DNA of 64,000 nucleotides from assembly GCA_947164985.1 (NCBI GenBank), contig CAMUYI010000003.1, positions 41,378 to 105,377 on the forward strand, written 5' to 3'. Position 1 is the stretch's first letter. Every line of letters begins with the position of its first letter. The notes under the pieces are model-generated. The model did no database searches, was not told the DNA's origin, and saw only the letters and a program-made list of their open reading frames with translations. Shown piece after piece: positions 53,019 through 62,755 of the stretch. The DNA comes from an uncultured Bacteroidales bacterium (GTDB lineage Bacteria > Bacteroidota > Bacteroidia > Bacteroidales > Paludibacteraceae). Position numbers and translations under genes: made by a program.

Positions 53019-54005
53019 TTATTTCTTTTTCTCGCCGAAACGTTGCGGACGAATCTTGTTCAACAATGGAACGCAAGCGTTCATGATGAGGATAGCGAAT
53101 GACATTCCTTCGGGATATGCACCCCAGGTACGGATGACCATCATGATGAAGCCGATACCGATACCGAAGATGATCTTACCCCACGCGCTCATCGGGCTGG
53201 TGACATAATCGGTAGCCATGAAGAAGGCACCGAGCATCAGACCACCGGAGAGCAGTTCGTACGCTACGTATTGGTGCGCTTCCATGCCGGCCGGCGTACC
53301 GATCCAAGCGAAGAGGGCTACGGTAGCGATGATAGATACCGGAATATGCCATGTGATGACGCGGCAGCAGATGAGGAACAGACCGCCGATGATGAGTGCT
53401 AGCGCGCAAACCTCACCGAGCGAACCGCCCATAACACCGAGGAAGGCGTCCTTAAGAGCCGGCAGTTGATCTACGAGCGATGTATCACCTGTCTTAGCGA
53501 TATGCTTGAGGTAATAGAGCGGGGTAGCACCTGTCTCAGCGTCGAGGTAGGATGTGTTGAATCCTTGCGGAACAGGCCAAGTGGTCATCTGTGCCGGGAA
53601 GGAGATAAGCAGGAAGACACGACCTACGAGCGCGGGGTTGAAGGGGTTTTGTCCCAGACCGCCGAAGGTCATCTTACCTACACCGATAGCTACCACTGCT
53701 CCGATCAGTACGATCCACCAATCGAGACTGGACGGGAGGTTGAAGGCGAGCAGCAGACCCGTGAGGACTGCAGAGAGGTCGCCGATGGTTTGTCTTTGCT
53801 CTTTGAGCAAGAAACGGCTGATACACCATTCGGTGAGCACACAAGCGCAAACCGAGATGGCCGCCGTAATGAGAGCTCCTACACCAAACTCGATCACTGA
53901 TACCACGTAAGCGGGCAGCAGCGCGAGAATGACGAGTAACATGTTCCTGCGAACGCTGTCACCGCTGTGTGCGTGAGGAGCCGGAGCAACAATATATTGT
54001 TTCAT
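53019..54005 (-). CDS. rnfD: Rnf complex subunit D
   Basis: PAPHAHSGDSV, FGGLGQNPFNPAL and MATDYVTSP blocks of RnfD/NqrB. Confidence 0.92.
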   Translation of the reverse strand: MKQYIVAPAPHAHSGDSVRRNMLLVILALLPAYVVSVIEFGVGALITAAISVCACVLTEWCISRFLLKEQRQTIGDLSAVLTGLLLAFNLPSSLDWWIVLIGAVVAIGVGKMTFGGLGQNPFNPALVGRVFLLISFPAQMTTWPVPQGFNTSYLDAETGATPLYYLKHIAKTGDTSLVDQLPALKDAFLGVMGGSLGEVCALALIIGGLFLICCRVITWHIPVSIIATVALFAWIGTPAGMEAHQYVAYELLSGGLMLGAFFMATDYVTSPMSAWGKIIFGIGIGFIMMVIRTWGAYPEGMSFAILIMNACVPLLNKIRPQRFGEKKK

Positions 54006-54040
54006 AATTAAAAATTAAAAATTACGAATTAAAAATTTAT
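54006..54040. repeat. Five heptamers (AATTAAA-like) filling the whole rnfC-rnfD spacer
   Basis: aattaaa aattaaa aattacg aattaaa aatttat lies between the rnfD start (54005) and the rnfC stop (54041). Confidence 0.85.
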
Positions 54041-55396
54041 TTATTTCTTCTCGGCTGCGGCAGCGGCGGCACGTTCGCGGAGGATAGCGCCGACTTTAGC
54101 TTTGGCAGGACGGATACCGTCGAGCAGACGACGATGGGCAGGACAAGCGAAGACGCAGCAACCGCAGTCGATGCAGTCCATGACGTCGTGCTTCTCGCAG
54201 TCTTCCCACATCTCGAGTTGACTCATTCGCTGGAGCAGATAGGGTTCAAGACCCATCGGGCAAGCCTGAACGCACTTACCGCAACGGATACAGTTCTCTT
54301 CCTCCGGACGGATAGATTCCGCTTCGGGCAAGAAAAGCAGACCGCTGAGGCGTTTATTAGCCGGCATAGCTTCGATATGATCCATGGCGCGACCCATCAT
54401 CGGACCTCCGCCAATGATCTTACCGGTATCCACCGGTACACCACCTGCGAGAGCGATGACCTCCTCGATCGGCGTACCGAAACGAACGGAGTAGTTACCC
54501 GGTTTAGCCACTTTCTTACCCGTCACGGTCATGACGCGGCTGATAAGCGGTTTGTTCTTCTGAACGGCCTCGTAAACGGCATAGATCGTAGCGACGTTAT
54601 CCACTACAGCGCCCACTTCGATAGGCAGTGCACCCGAAGGTACCTGACGACCGATACAAGCGTCGATGAGTTGTTTCTCACCGCCTTGCGGATATTTGAG
54701 TTTGAGAGGAACGACCTCGATGCCCAGTTTGGATTGCGCCAACTTGGTCATATGCTCGATTGCATCTTTCTTGTTATTCTCTATACCGATGATCGCGCGG
54801 TCTACACCGAGAGCACGTTTGAGGATCTCGATACCGACTATGATCTCTTCGCCATGTTCGAGCATCAACTGATGGTCACAGGTCAGGTAGGGTTCGCACT
54901 CTACACCGTTGACGATAAGCACTTCTGCTTTCTTACCCGGAGGCGGCAGCAGTTTGACGTGGGTCGGGAAGCAAGCACCACCGAGACCTACGATACCGGC
55001 AGCTGCGATCTTATCGATGATCGCTTTGGGCTCGAGGGCACACGAACGGATGAGGTCCGGCGTACGGTCGATCTCCGGCATCCATACATCACCTTCTACA
55101 TCGATGAATATGGCCTGCCCAGGGGCACCCCATGCATCGGTCCAATCACCAATCTTTGTAACGGTACCACTAACCGGCGAGCAGATGTTCGCACTCACGA
55201 ATCCACCGGCTTTCGCCAGCAGTTCGCCTACTTTTACTTTCGCTCCGACTTCCACAACAGCCTGCGCCGGTGCACCGATATGTTGCACGAGCGGGATGAT
55301 GGCCTGCTTAGGCAGCGGGCACTCCGTGATACGCTGGTGTGCGGAGAATTGTTTGTTGTCATGCGGATGAACTCCGCCTATTTTAAATGTCTTCAT
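54041..55396 (-). CDS. rnfC: Rnf complex subunit C
   Basis: GIVGLGGACFPTHVKL, VNGVECEPYLTCD and two ferredoxin motifs CIRCGKCVQACP and CIDCGCCVFACP. Confidence 0.92.
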   Translation of the reverse strand: MKTFKIGGVHPHDNKQFSAHQRITECPLPKQAIIPLVQHIGAPAQAVVEVGAKVKVGELLAKAGGFVSANICSPVSGTVTKIGDWTDAWGAPGQAIFIDVEGDVWMPEIDRTPDLIRSCALEPKAIIDKIAAAGIVGLGGACFPTHVKLLPPPGKKAEVLIVNGVECEPYLTCDHQLMLEHGEEIIVGIEILKRALGVDRAIIGIENNKKDAIEHMTKLAQSKLGIEVVPLKLKYPQGGEKQLIDACIGRQVPSGALPIEVGAVVDNVATIYAVYEAVQKNKPLISRVMTVTGKKVAKPGNYSVRFGTPIEEVIALAGGVPVDTGKIIGGGPMMGRAMDHIEAMPANKRLSGLLFLPEAESIRPEEENCIRCGKCVQACPMGLEPYLLQRMSQLEMWEDCEKHDVMDCIDCGCCVFACPAHRRLLDGIRPAKAKVGAILRERAAAAAAEKK

Positions 55397-55401
55397 AATC
55401 T

Positions 55402-55821
55402 CTACAACTTTTGCGCCATACTAATGTGATACGGGAACGAAGCTTTCGGCGTCGGCAGCGCTTTGATCTTAGCGGCAATAACCGGGTCAAAGCCCTCTTT
55501 CTTGCCACCATCTGCAGCCGCAGCAGCCTCTTCTCCCTCCGCCGCAGGCGTCAGGATCTTCTTCACCTCATCCATCGTAGGATCACCACCTACAGGACAA
55601 GCCAAACCATCCGTGTTGCCTGCTTTGACACACGCTTCCGCGAAATTACGGCAACCGGCGAATCCGCATCCGCCGCAGTTAGCACCCGGTAACACTGCGG
55701 TCACAAGGTCAATGCGCGGATCTTCTTCCACTTTGAAGTACAGGCTGACCACATATAGCAGGCAAGCTGCCAGAAAGGCGATCACACCTAAGACTCCCAT
55801 TGAAATCAGAATTAAATTCAT
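55402..55821 (-). CDS. rnfB: RnfB-like subunit, short form (membrane anchor + N-terminal Fe-S domain only)
   Basis: TM anchor, then LPGANCGGCGFAGCRNFAEACV...LACPVGG. The protein ends after 139 aa with no 4Fe-4S ferredoxin repeats. Confidence 0.7.
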   Translation of the reverse strand: MNLILISMGVLGVIAFLAACLLYVVSLYFKVEEDPRIDLVTAVLPGANCGGCGFAGCRNFAEACVKAGNTDGLACPVGGDPTMDEVKKILTPAAEGEEAAAAADGGKKEGFDPVIAAKIKALPTPKASFPYHISMAQKL

Positions 55822-55842
55822 GTTTTTGATATTTTAAGTTAA

Positions 55843-56262
55843 TTATAATTTGCGAGCTGTAAAAGAGAATTGCTTCTGCAAGCGGTTTCTAAACACGCTG
55901 AGGCCGATATAATAAAGCGCGATGCCGCAGAGGGAGAGTGTTCCGACGACGGCTTCGGACCAATCGGTAGCAAAATCCAGGATGGCGATGATGGCGAGCA
56001 TCACAATAAAAGGCAGAATATACGCGAGTAGTACGGCCTTCCATGCCAGACGTTCGCGAACTTCTACCTCTACCTTGTCGCCTATTTTCATGGGCTCCAA
56101 CATGATTGCATCCATCTCTTTGTTTTGACTCTCGGACGACATACACATCGAGCGGGCTTTGCATGCCGAACAAGCGCTGGTTTGCACGATCTGCACGTGC
56201 GCTTTTTCGCCATTGATGCTCAGCACTATACCTTCATGTCTGATTAGTTCGTCCATGCTCAT
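55843..56262 (-). CDS. RseC/MucC (SoxR-reducing system) family protein
   Basis: GIVLSINGEKAHVQIVQTSACSACKARSMC followed by two TM helices; conserved position ahead of rnfB. A TATCTTTG -7 box lies at 56277..56284 on the minus strand. Confidence 0.8.
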   Translation of the reverse strand: MSMDELIRHEGIVLSINGEKAHVQIVQTSACSACKARSMCMSSESQNKEMDAIMLEPMKIGDKVEVEVRERLAWKAVLLAYILPFIVMLAIIAILDFATDWSEAVVGTLSLCGIALYYIGLSVFRNRLQKQFSFTARKL

Positions 56263-56363
56263 AATTTTTGCGGCTGCAAAGATACAAATTCTTTTTCATA
56301 TACGCAAGTGCGCGCGTACTTTTTATAAAAAATTACACCTTTTTTGTCAAAAAGTACGAAAAT

Positions 56364-56391
56364 TTCAACTTTCAACTTTCAACATTCAACT
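56364..56391. repeat. Four heptamers (TTCAACT TTCAACT TTCAACA TTCAACT) just upstream of the ftsK promoter T-run
   Basis: Read directly. Confidence 0.85.
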
Positions 56392-56399
56392 TTTTTTTG

Positions 56400-56407
56400 T
56401 ACCTTTG
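56400..56407 (+). promoter_or_regulatory. -7 box TACCTTTG for ftsK
   Basis: TTTTTTTTgTACCTTTGcacgctaaatttg; ATG at 56428. Confidence 0.6.
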
Positions 56408-56427
56408 CACGCTAAATTTGAGATAAT

Positions 56428-58959
56428 ATGCCTAGAACCTCATCGAAGATTTCCAATACTCCTGTTGATTCCGCTCCGAGAGCCATCAAAGTGGAGAAGC
56501 CCAATGCCTGGGAAGCGCTACAGCGTTTCTTTAAGGCGCGTGAGACCCGCATGGTGTTGGGTATTGTGCTGCTGACGTTTAGTGTGATCGCTTTGCTGGC
56601 GTATGTCAGTTACCTATTCACCGGTACGTACGACCAATCGATCCTGTCGATGGATAGGCCGGATCGAATTGCGAACCGTCTGCAGATCCGCAATATGTTG
56701 GGTTTGCCGGGTGCGATGTTGGCGGCATTTCTGATTGACGGCAGTTTTGGTTTTGTATCAATTCTGCTGGTTCTTCTCGTGGGCGTTTATGCCTTGCGTC
56801 TGATGCATGTGCTCAAGGATATTCCGGCTTTGAAGTTGTTTATCAGCGGTGCTTTCTGGGTGTTGTGGGGTTCTATCACCTTGGGCTTTGCCCATAATAT
56901 GGTGCATCAATTGGGTGTTTTCCTATGGGGCGGTGCGTTTGGTGCGACCTGTGCCCAATGGTTAGTTGGCTATGTGCGCGAGTTGGGAACGGGATTGATT
57001 CTGTTGGCTTCGCTGACGATCTTCATGATTGTGACCGATCCGCGTTTTATTGATCGCTGCAAAGCTTTTGGAGCATGGGTATCGGGCTTGTTTGCTAAGA
57101 AGCCGAAAGCAGCGCAGAAAACTCCGGAAGTACCGGAGACGGCTGTTGAACCGGAAGGAGAAGAAGTGGTGGTGAATATCCCGATCGTCGAAGAGCCGAC
57201 CGAAGAGGCTAAGCCGGAAGATGTGGCATTCACGATTGAACCGGTGACGGAAGAGCCTGAAGCGACCGAAGAACCTTTGGGCGATGAACCGCTGCCGGTG
57301 GAAGAGCCGATTGAAGAAGGAGATAAGGACGCGAAGTTGGAGATTCAGGATGTGGTAGAAGAAGAGTTGTACGACAAAGATCCGGATAAGTTGTTGGAGA
57401 AGTTAGGTCCGTACGATCCGCGTAAAGATCTGGAGTTCTTTAAGTTCCCGAGTCTGAACCTGCTGAAGGTGTATGACAATGAGAATGCGCCGATCATTGA
57501 TCAGGAAGAGCAGCGTGCGAACGGCGCACGTATTGTGACGACCTTGCGTAACTATGGCATAGAAATTGATAGCATCAAAGCAACGGTAGGACCGACCGTG
57601 ACGCTCTATGAAATCGTGCCGAAAGCAGGTATCCGTGTGGCGAAGATCCAAGCGCTGGAGAATGATATCATGATGAGCCTGAGTGCGACAGGTATTCGTA
57701 TCATTGCGCCGATGCCGGGTAAGGGAACGATCGGTATCGAGGTACCGAACGAGAAACCGCAGGTAGTGAGCATGCACTCGGTAATCGCATCCAAGCGTTT
57801 CCAAGAGGAGCAGAAGATGAAGTTGCCTATCGCGTACGGTCGAACGATCACAAACGAGGTGTTTATGTTCGATCTCGCGAAGACGCCGCACTTGTTGGTA
57901 GCCGGTGCAACCGGTACCGGTAAGTCGGTGGCAATCAACGCGATCATCACTTCGCTGCTGTATAAGAAACATCCGGCGGAGTTGAAACTCGTGATGGTGG
58001 ACCCAAAGATGGTTGAGTTCGCGCCCTACAAACCGCTGTTGAAACATTATCTGGCGGCGATGCCGGACACCGATCCGGAACAGATCGTCATTACCGATTG
58101 CGATAAGGTGGTCAATACCCTGAACTCGTTGGTGATCGAGATGGAGAACCGTTATAAACTGCTCATGGACGCCGGTGTGCGTAACTTGGAGGATTATAAT
58201 GACAAGTTCGTGAGACGTCGTCTGAATCCGGCTAAGTTGGTGGCGGACAGTCTGCATCACCAGTATCTGCCGTATATCGTGATCATCATCGATGAGTATG
58301 GCGATTTCATCATGCAGGCCGGCAAGCAGGTGGAGACGCCTATCGCGCGTATCACGCAGAAAGCGCGTGCCGTAGGTATGCATATGATCTTGGCTACACA
58401 ACGTCCGTCGGTGAACATCGTCACAGGTGTGATCAAGGCTAATATCCCGACGCGTATCGCATTGCGTACCCAGAGTGTGATTGACAGCCGTACGGTGCTG
58501 GACGCCAAGGGCGCAGAGCAGTTGATCGGTCGCGGAGACTCGCTGTATGCCGGTAACGCCAGCATCACGCGTGTGCAGTGTGCGTTTGTCGATACGCCGG
58601 AGGTGGACGAGATCGTCAAGCATATCAGTAAACAGCAGCGTTATACCGAGCCGTACCAGTTGCCGGAATATGTGGGTGAAGGCGGTGAAGGTGAGGCGCT
58701 GGCACCGGGTGTAGTGGATCTGAAGCGTCTGGATCCGATGTTTGCCGATGTGGCACGGTATGTGGTCAGCAAACAAGAGGGTTCGACGAGTCGATTACAG
58801 CGTGCGTTTGAGATCGGTTATAACCGCGCCGGTAAGTTGAGTGACCAGTTGGAAGCAGCCGGAGTGGTAGGGCCGAATAAAGGTCCGAAGGGTAGGGATG
58901 TACTCATTACCGATCTGGATGCCTTGGAGAAACTATTGGAAGAATTAGGCGTAAAATGA
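56428..58959 (+). CDS. ftsK: DNA translocase FtsK/SpoIIIE
   Basis: N-terminal TM helices, an acidic/Pro-rich linker, an ATPase core with LLVAGATGTGKSV and IIIDEYGD, and a C-terminal gamma domain. Confidence 0.93.
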   Translation: MPRTSSKISNTPVDSAPRAIKVEKPNAWEALQRFFKARETRMVLGIVLLTFSVIALLAYVSYLFTGTYDQSILSMDRPDRIANRLQIRNMLGLPGAMLAAFLIDGSFGFVSILLVLLVGVYALRLMHVLKDIPALKLFISGAFWVLWGSITLGFAHNMVHQLGVFLWGGAFGATCAQWLVGYVRELGTGLILLASLTIFMIVTDPRFIDRCKAFGAWVSGLFAKKPKAAQKTPEVPETAVEPEGEEVVVNIPIVEEPTEEAKPEDVAFTIEPVTEEPEATEEPLGDEPLPVEEPIEEGDKDAKLEIQDVVEEELYDKDPDKLLEKLGPYDPRKDLEFFKFPSLNLLKVYDNENAPIIDQEEQRANGARIVTTLRNYGIEIDSIKATVGPTVTLYEIVPKAGIRVAKIQALENDIMMSLSATGIRIIAPMPGKGTIGIEVPNEKPQVVSMHSVIASKRFQEEQKMKLPIAYGRTITNEVFMFDLAKTPHLLVAGATGTGKSVAINAIITSLLYKKHPAELKLVMVDPKMVEFAPYKPLLKHYLAAMPDTDPEQIVITDCDKVVNTLNSLVIEMENRYKLLMDAGVRNLEDYNDKFVRRRLNPAKLVADSLHHQYLPYIVIIIDEYGDFIMQAGKQVETPIARITQKARAVGMHMILATQRPSVNIVTGVIKANIPTRIALRTQSVIDSRTVLDAKGAEQLIGRGDSLYAGNASITRVQCAFVDTPEVDEIVKHISKQQRYTEPYQLPEYVGEGGEGEALAPGVVDLKRLDPMFADVARYVVSKQEGSTSRLQRAFEIGYNRAGKLSDQLEAAGVVGPNKGPKGRDVLITDLDALEKLLEELGVK

Positions 58960-59519
58960 CGACATTATTCGTAATATTATCGGTTCTCACGAGTTTCTTG
59001 ACGAACTTGGAGACAAAGACCTTGAAGTCGGATTTTGTAGTGACGGTAAGCGAAGAGGTGAATGCCCCAATGAACTTTCCGGGTTCGCTGACTATGCACG
59101 GTCAGTTATTCCGTTTGGAGATGTTCAATATCCAGGCGGCTTATGATGGAAAGACGATGTATATGTATTCGCCGGACACCGATGAATTGACGTTGACGAA
59201 TCCGACGGAGGCAGAACTGACGGAGGCGAATCCGTTGCTGTATGCAAAAGCGCTGATACCGGCCTGCAATGTGGTAGAGAAAGCCAGCAGTGACGGTAAG
59301 CGGACGACGGTGACCTTGACGCCGAAAGATCAATCGATCGGTATTAACCGGTTTGTGCTGATCGTACGAAATAGCGACCAGATGCCTCTGCAGGCAGAGA
59401 TCAAAGAAGGAAAGAAAATTTCGACGCTCAAATTCAAAGAGCCGAAGTTTGTGAATACGAAAGAAGAATATGTGATTAAAGCAGACAAAGAGACCTTTGT
59501 CAATGATATGCGTCTATAA
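58956..59519 (+). CDS. LolA-like outer-membrane lipoprotein carrier family protein
   Basis: 187 aa with a signal sequence; conserved ftsK-lolA-trxB order in Bacteroidota; ATGA overlap with ftsK. The assignment rests mostly on context and size. Confidence 0.55.
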   Translation: MTTLFVILSVLTSFLTNLETKTLKSDFVVTVSEEVNAPMNFPGSLTMHGQLFRLEMFNIQAAYDGKTMYMYSPDTDELTLTNPTEAELTEANPLLYAKALIPACNVVEKASSDGKRTTVTLTPKDQSIGINRFVLIVRNSDQMPLQAEIKEGKKISTLKFKEPKFVNTKEEYVIKADKETFVNDMRL

Positions 59520-59537
59520 AGTTGAAAGAGTGAAAGA

Positions 59538-60467
59538 ATGAAAGTAAAGTGTTTGATTATAGGTTCAGGTCCGGCAGGATACACGGCCGCTATCTATGCG
59601 AGTCGTGCGAACTTGGAGCCGGTGCTGATTGAGGGTCCGCAGTTGGGCGGGCAGTTGACGACTACGACCGAAGTGGAAAATTTCCCCGGCTATCCGGATG
59701 GTGTAGAACCGTTCACGATGATGGACGATATGCGTCGTCAAGCAGAGCGTTTCGGTACGCAGTTCGTGTCGGGTATTGTGACGAAAGTGGATTTTTCTAC
59801 ATCCCCGAAGAAGGTGATCGTAGAAGATGAGATGGAGTATGAAGCGGACGCGGTCATTGTGGCTACGGGTGCATCGGCACGCTATCTGGGCTTAGAGTCG
59901 GAGCGTACCTACCGTGGTCGTGGCGTGAGTGCCTGTGCAACCTGCGACGGGTTCTTCTACCGCAAGAAAACAGTAGCCGTAGTAGGTGGAGGTGACACGG
60001 CATGCGAGGAGGCAAACTATCTGGCAGGCCTTTGTGAGAAAGTGTATATGATCGTTCGCAAACCGTACTTGCGTGCTTCGGAAATCATGCAGCAACGCGT
60101 GCTCAATAACCCGAAGATTGAGGTGCTTTTCGAGCATAACACCCTTCAGTTGACCGGTGAAGGTAAGGTACAGGGTGCCGATCTGATTTATCGCAAGGGT
60201 GAAGCGGATGAGGAAATGCGTCATATCGCTATTGACGGCTTTTTCCTGGCGATCGGTCATCATCCGAATACGGATTTGTTCAAGGACTATTTGAATCGCG
60301 ATGCAGAGGGTTATATTCTGGTGGATGGCGATAGTCCGCGTACCAATGTGCCGGGTGTTTTTGCGGCCGGAGACTGTGCTGATCCGCATTACCGTCAGGC
60401 GATCGTGGCAGCCGGTTCAGGCGCTAAGGCAGCGATTGAGGCAGACAAGTATATCAAGAGTCTGTAA
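59538..60467 (+). CDS. trxB: Thioredoxin-disulfide reductase
   Basis: IIGSGPAGYTAAIYA, the redox-active CATCDG, VVGGGDTACEEA and GVFAAGD. Confidence 0.95.
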   Translation: MKVKCLIIGSGPAGYTAAIYASRANLEPVLIEGPQLGGQLTTTTEVENFPGYPDGVEPFTMMDDMRRQAERFGTQFVSGIVTKVDFSTSPKKVIVEDEMEYEADAVIVATGASARYLGLESERTYRGRGVSACATCDGFFYRKKTVAVVGGGDTACEEANYLAGLCEKVYMIVRKPYLRASEIMQQRVLNNPKIEVLFEHNTLQLTGEGKVQGADLIYRKGEADEEMRHIAIDGFFLAIGHHPNTDLFKDYLNRDAEGYILVDGDSPRTNVPGVFAAGDCADPHYRQAIVAAGSGAKAAIEADKYIKSL

Positions 60468-60483
60468 GCGATAAAGAACAATA

Positions 60484-60522
60484 AAAAACGCTCAATGGAA
60501 AAAATCCATCGGGCGTTTTTTT
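60484..60522. terminator. Bidirectional intrinsic terminator between convergent trxB and secG
   Basis: AAAAAA-cgctcaatgga-aaaaa-tccatcgggcg-TTTTTTT; imperfect stem with A and T runs on both sides. Confidence 0.65.
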
Positions 60523-60539
60523 GTAGGGGAGCGGTTGAA

Positions 60540-60851
60540 TTACTCACCCTCTACCGGCAGTTCTGCAGCCGGAGCAGCAGGTGCTTCGTCGATGACGATA
60601 GCCGATTGATCTTCGCTCACAGCTTCCTGACCTTTGTTGAATCCAACAGCAGCTACGCTGAAGACTACGATGAGTGCTACAAGAGTCCAAGTAGCTTTCT
60701 CCAAAAAGTCAGCTGTCTTGGGAGCACCCATTACTTGGTTGCCGCTCGCGAAACCGGCTGCCAAGCCACCGCCTTTACTATTCTGAACCAACACCAGAAG
60801 GGTCAGTAGGATAGCAGCGATAACGATTAAGATAGTAATAAAAATGTACAT
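60540..60851 (-). CDS. secG: Preprotein translocase subunit SecG
   Basis: LLTLLVLVQNSKGGGLAAGF signature; 103 aa. A TACCTTTG -7 box lies at 60892..60899 on the minus strand. Confidence 0.88.
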   Translation of the reverse strand: MYIFITILIVIAAILLTLLVLVQNSKGGGLAAGFASGNQVMGAPKTADFLEKATWTLVALIVVFSVAAVGFNKGQEAVSEDQSAIVIDEAPAAPAAELPVEGE

Positions 60852-60939
60852 AGTTATTAATTTAAAATGTTATTTTCTACAAAATCGGCTGCAAAGGTAC
60901 TGCTTTTTTTTGAATTATGCAAGCCTTTGTCGATTTTTT

Positions 60940-61455
60940 TTACCATTTTGCAACGGTGTCATTGTAAATATTTTCGGCTATTTCCGTGATGATGATGTCG
61001 CATAACTCGTCCTGTATATCGGTCAGCAGGACGTTGGCATCGAAAGTCTGGGACGCCGAATAGGTCTTGTCAAACGACTCTTCGGGATAGACGTTATTGG
61101 TAAAATGCACTGTTACGCGAATGGTCAGTTTGCTCTCTGTGGCATAACTGTTGGCGCCGATAGCTCCTTGGCTGATTTCGTATCCGGTGATCTCTCCTTC
61201 GAGTTCCAGATCGCCACCTTTGTTGAGGACTTGCAGTCGTGTCTGCCGTTGGAAAAGGTCACGAATGCCTTCCGACAGTTTGGGGCTCAAGTTCGGGTTC
61301 ACCATCGCGGCATTGTTAGGGAAGTCGGCGATGGATATAGAATGCGTGGTCTCGTAGTTGATGTTGGCTCCGTTGAACTTATAACTGATCGAACAGCCGC
61401 TGAACAAGAGCAGGATCAAGCCAAAAATAAATATGTTTCGATTACTCCAAGCCAT
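60940..61455 (-). CDS. LptE-like lipoprotein
   Basis: Start reset to the ATG at 61455 (MAWSNRNIFIFGLILLLFSGCS lipobox). The position between the sigma-54 activator and secG is conserved in Bacteroidota. Confidence 0.55.
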   Translation of the reverse strand: MAWSNRNIFIFGLILLLFSGCSISYKFNGANINYETTHSISIADFPNNAAMVNPNLSPKLSEGIRDLFQRQTRLQVLNKGGDLELEGEITGYEISQGAIGANSYATESKLTIRVTVHFTNNVYPEESFDKTYSASQTFDANVLLTDIQDELCDIIITEIAENIYNDTVAKW

Positions 61456-62614
61456 ATTCCTTGATTTTGCGGTATAATGTTCTTTCGGATCGTCCGAGCC
61501 GTGCAGCCGCCTCTTTGCGGTTCCCGCCGGATAGCTCGAGTGCGCGTCGGATGAGTTCTTTTTCGCTATCATCGACGCGGAGAGAAGACTCTTCTACAGG
61601 AAGGATGTCCTCTGTTTCACGAGACGGAATTTCAATAGAGGGCGTTTTGTCTATTTCGCGCGGTTTCGCGATGTCGTGACTCCGACCGTTTTGCAGCAGT
61701 TCTTTGAGTTCCTCGAGGTCTTTCTTGTTTTGCATCACCATGTTATAGAGAATACCGATCTCGTGCGAATAGTCCTTGCCGGCAGGTTCATGCGGCGCAC
61801 GGAGAACTAGTCCTTGTTGATTTTCCTCGGCGGGCAAGTAACGCTGCAAGGTCTCAGCGCTGATCTGGTGGTCTAACTCAATGGTTGCGATCTGTTCAGC
61901 GAGGTTCTTGAGTTGACGGATGTTTCCTCGCCAATAACTGTTTTGCAGCAAGCGTGTCGCTTCTTCGTTAAGCGAAAGGGGCGGCATCTGGTAGCGTGTG
62001 CAGAAATCGACGGCAAACTTACGGAAGAGCAGGGGGATGTCCTCTTTGCGCTCACGCAAGGCAGGTACGCGTATCTCAACGGTGTTGAGACGGTAGTAGA
62101 GGTCTTCGCGGAAACGTCCGTCATCGATGGCTTGCCGCATGTTGAGATTCGTAGCTGCCACGACACGTACATTCGTTTTGCGCACTTGGCTGGACCCCAT
62201 GCGCAGGTATTCGCCTGTTTCTAACACACGAAGTAGGCGCACCTGAGTCTGGAGCGGCAATTCGCCTACTTCATCCAGGAAGAGCGTACCGCCATCGGCT
62301 ATCTCGAAGTAACCTTTATGTTCGTTTTTTGCATCCGTGAAGGCGCCTTTCTCGTGTCCAAAAAGTTCCGAATCGATCGTTCCTTCCGGTATCGCGCCGC
62401 AGTTAACGGCAAAGTACGGTCCATGTTTGCGTGCCGAGAAAGCGTGTATGATTTTCGGAAAATGCTCCTTACCGACACCGGATTCTCCGGTGATGAGCAC
62501 ACTCAAATCGGTACGCGCTACTTGCACGGCTATTTCGATATCGCGGTTGAGAAGCGGACTCTGTCCGATGATCCCAAATCGCTGCTTGATACTTAATAAT
62601 TCTTGTGGTGTCAT
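61442..62614 (-). CDS. Sigma-54-dependent transcriptional activator (AAA+ and Fis-type HTH, no receiver domain)
   Basis: ITGESGVGKE Walker A, the GAFTDA motif, FLDEVGEL Walker B and a C-terminal HTH NRKEAAARLGRSERTLYRKI. Confidence 0.9.
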   Translation of the reverse strand: MTPQELLSIKQRFGIIGQSPLLNRDIEIAVQVARTDLSVLITGESGVGKEHFPKIIHAFSARKHGPYFAVNCGAIPEGTIDSELFGHEKGAFTDAKNEHKGYFEIADGGTLFLDEVGELPLQTQVRLLRVLETGEYLRMGSSQVRKTNVRVVAATNLNMRQAIDDGRFREDLYYRLNTVEIRVPALRERKEDIPLLFRKFAVDFCTRYQMPPLSLNEEATRLLQNSYWRGNIRQLKNLAEQIATIELDHQISAETLQRYLPAEENQQGLVLRAPHEPAGKDYSHEIGILYNMVMQNKKDLEELKELLQNGRSHDIAKPREIDKTPSIEIPSRETEDILPVEESSLRVDDSEKELIRRALELSGGNRKEAAARLGRSERTLYRKIKEYGLE

Positions 62615-62718
62615 ACTAAAACTGACAAAATGTCATGCAAAAGTACTACAAAATTTGCATATATGCAAATATTTTGCGTAAAAAAGTAAAAAAACTTGTG
62701 TATGTCAAATAAATTTCG

Positions 62719-62726
62719 TAATTTTG
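62719..62726 (+). promoter_or_regulatory. -7 box TAATTTTG for the polysaccharide export locus
   Basis: TAATTTTGcacgctaaatttg; ATG at 62756. The divergent -7 box for the sigma-54 activator lies at 62638..62645 on the minus strand. Confidence 0.55.
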
Positions 62727-62755
62727 CACGCTAAATTTGGAAAAACTGCGAAATC

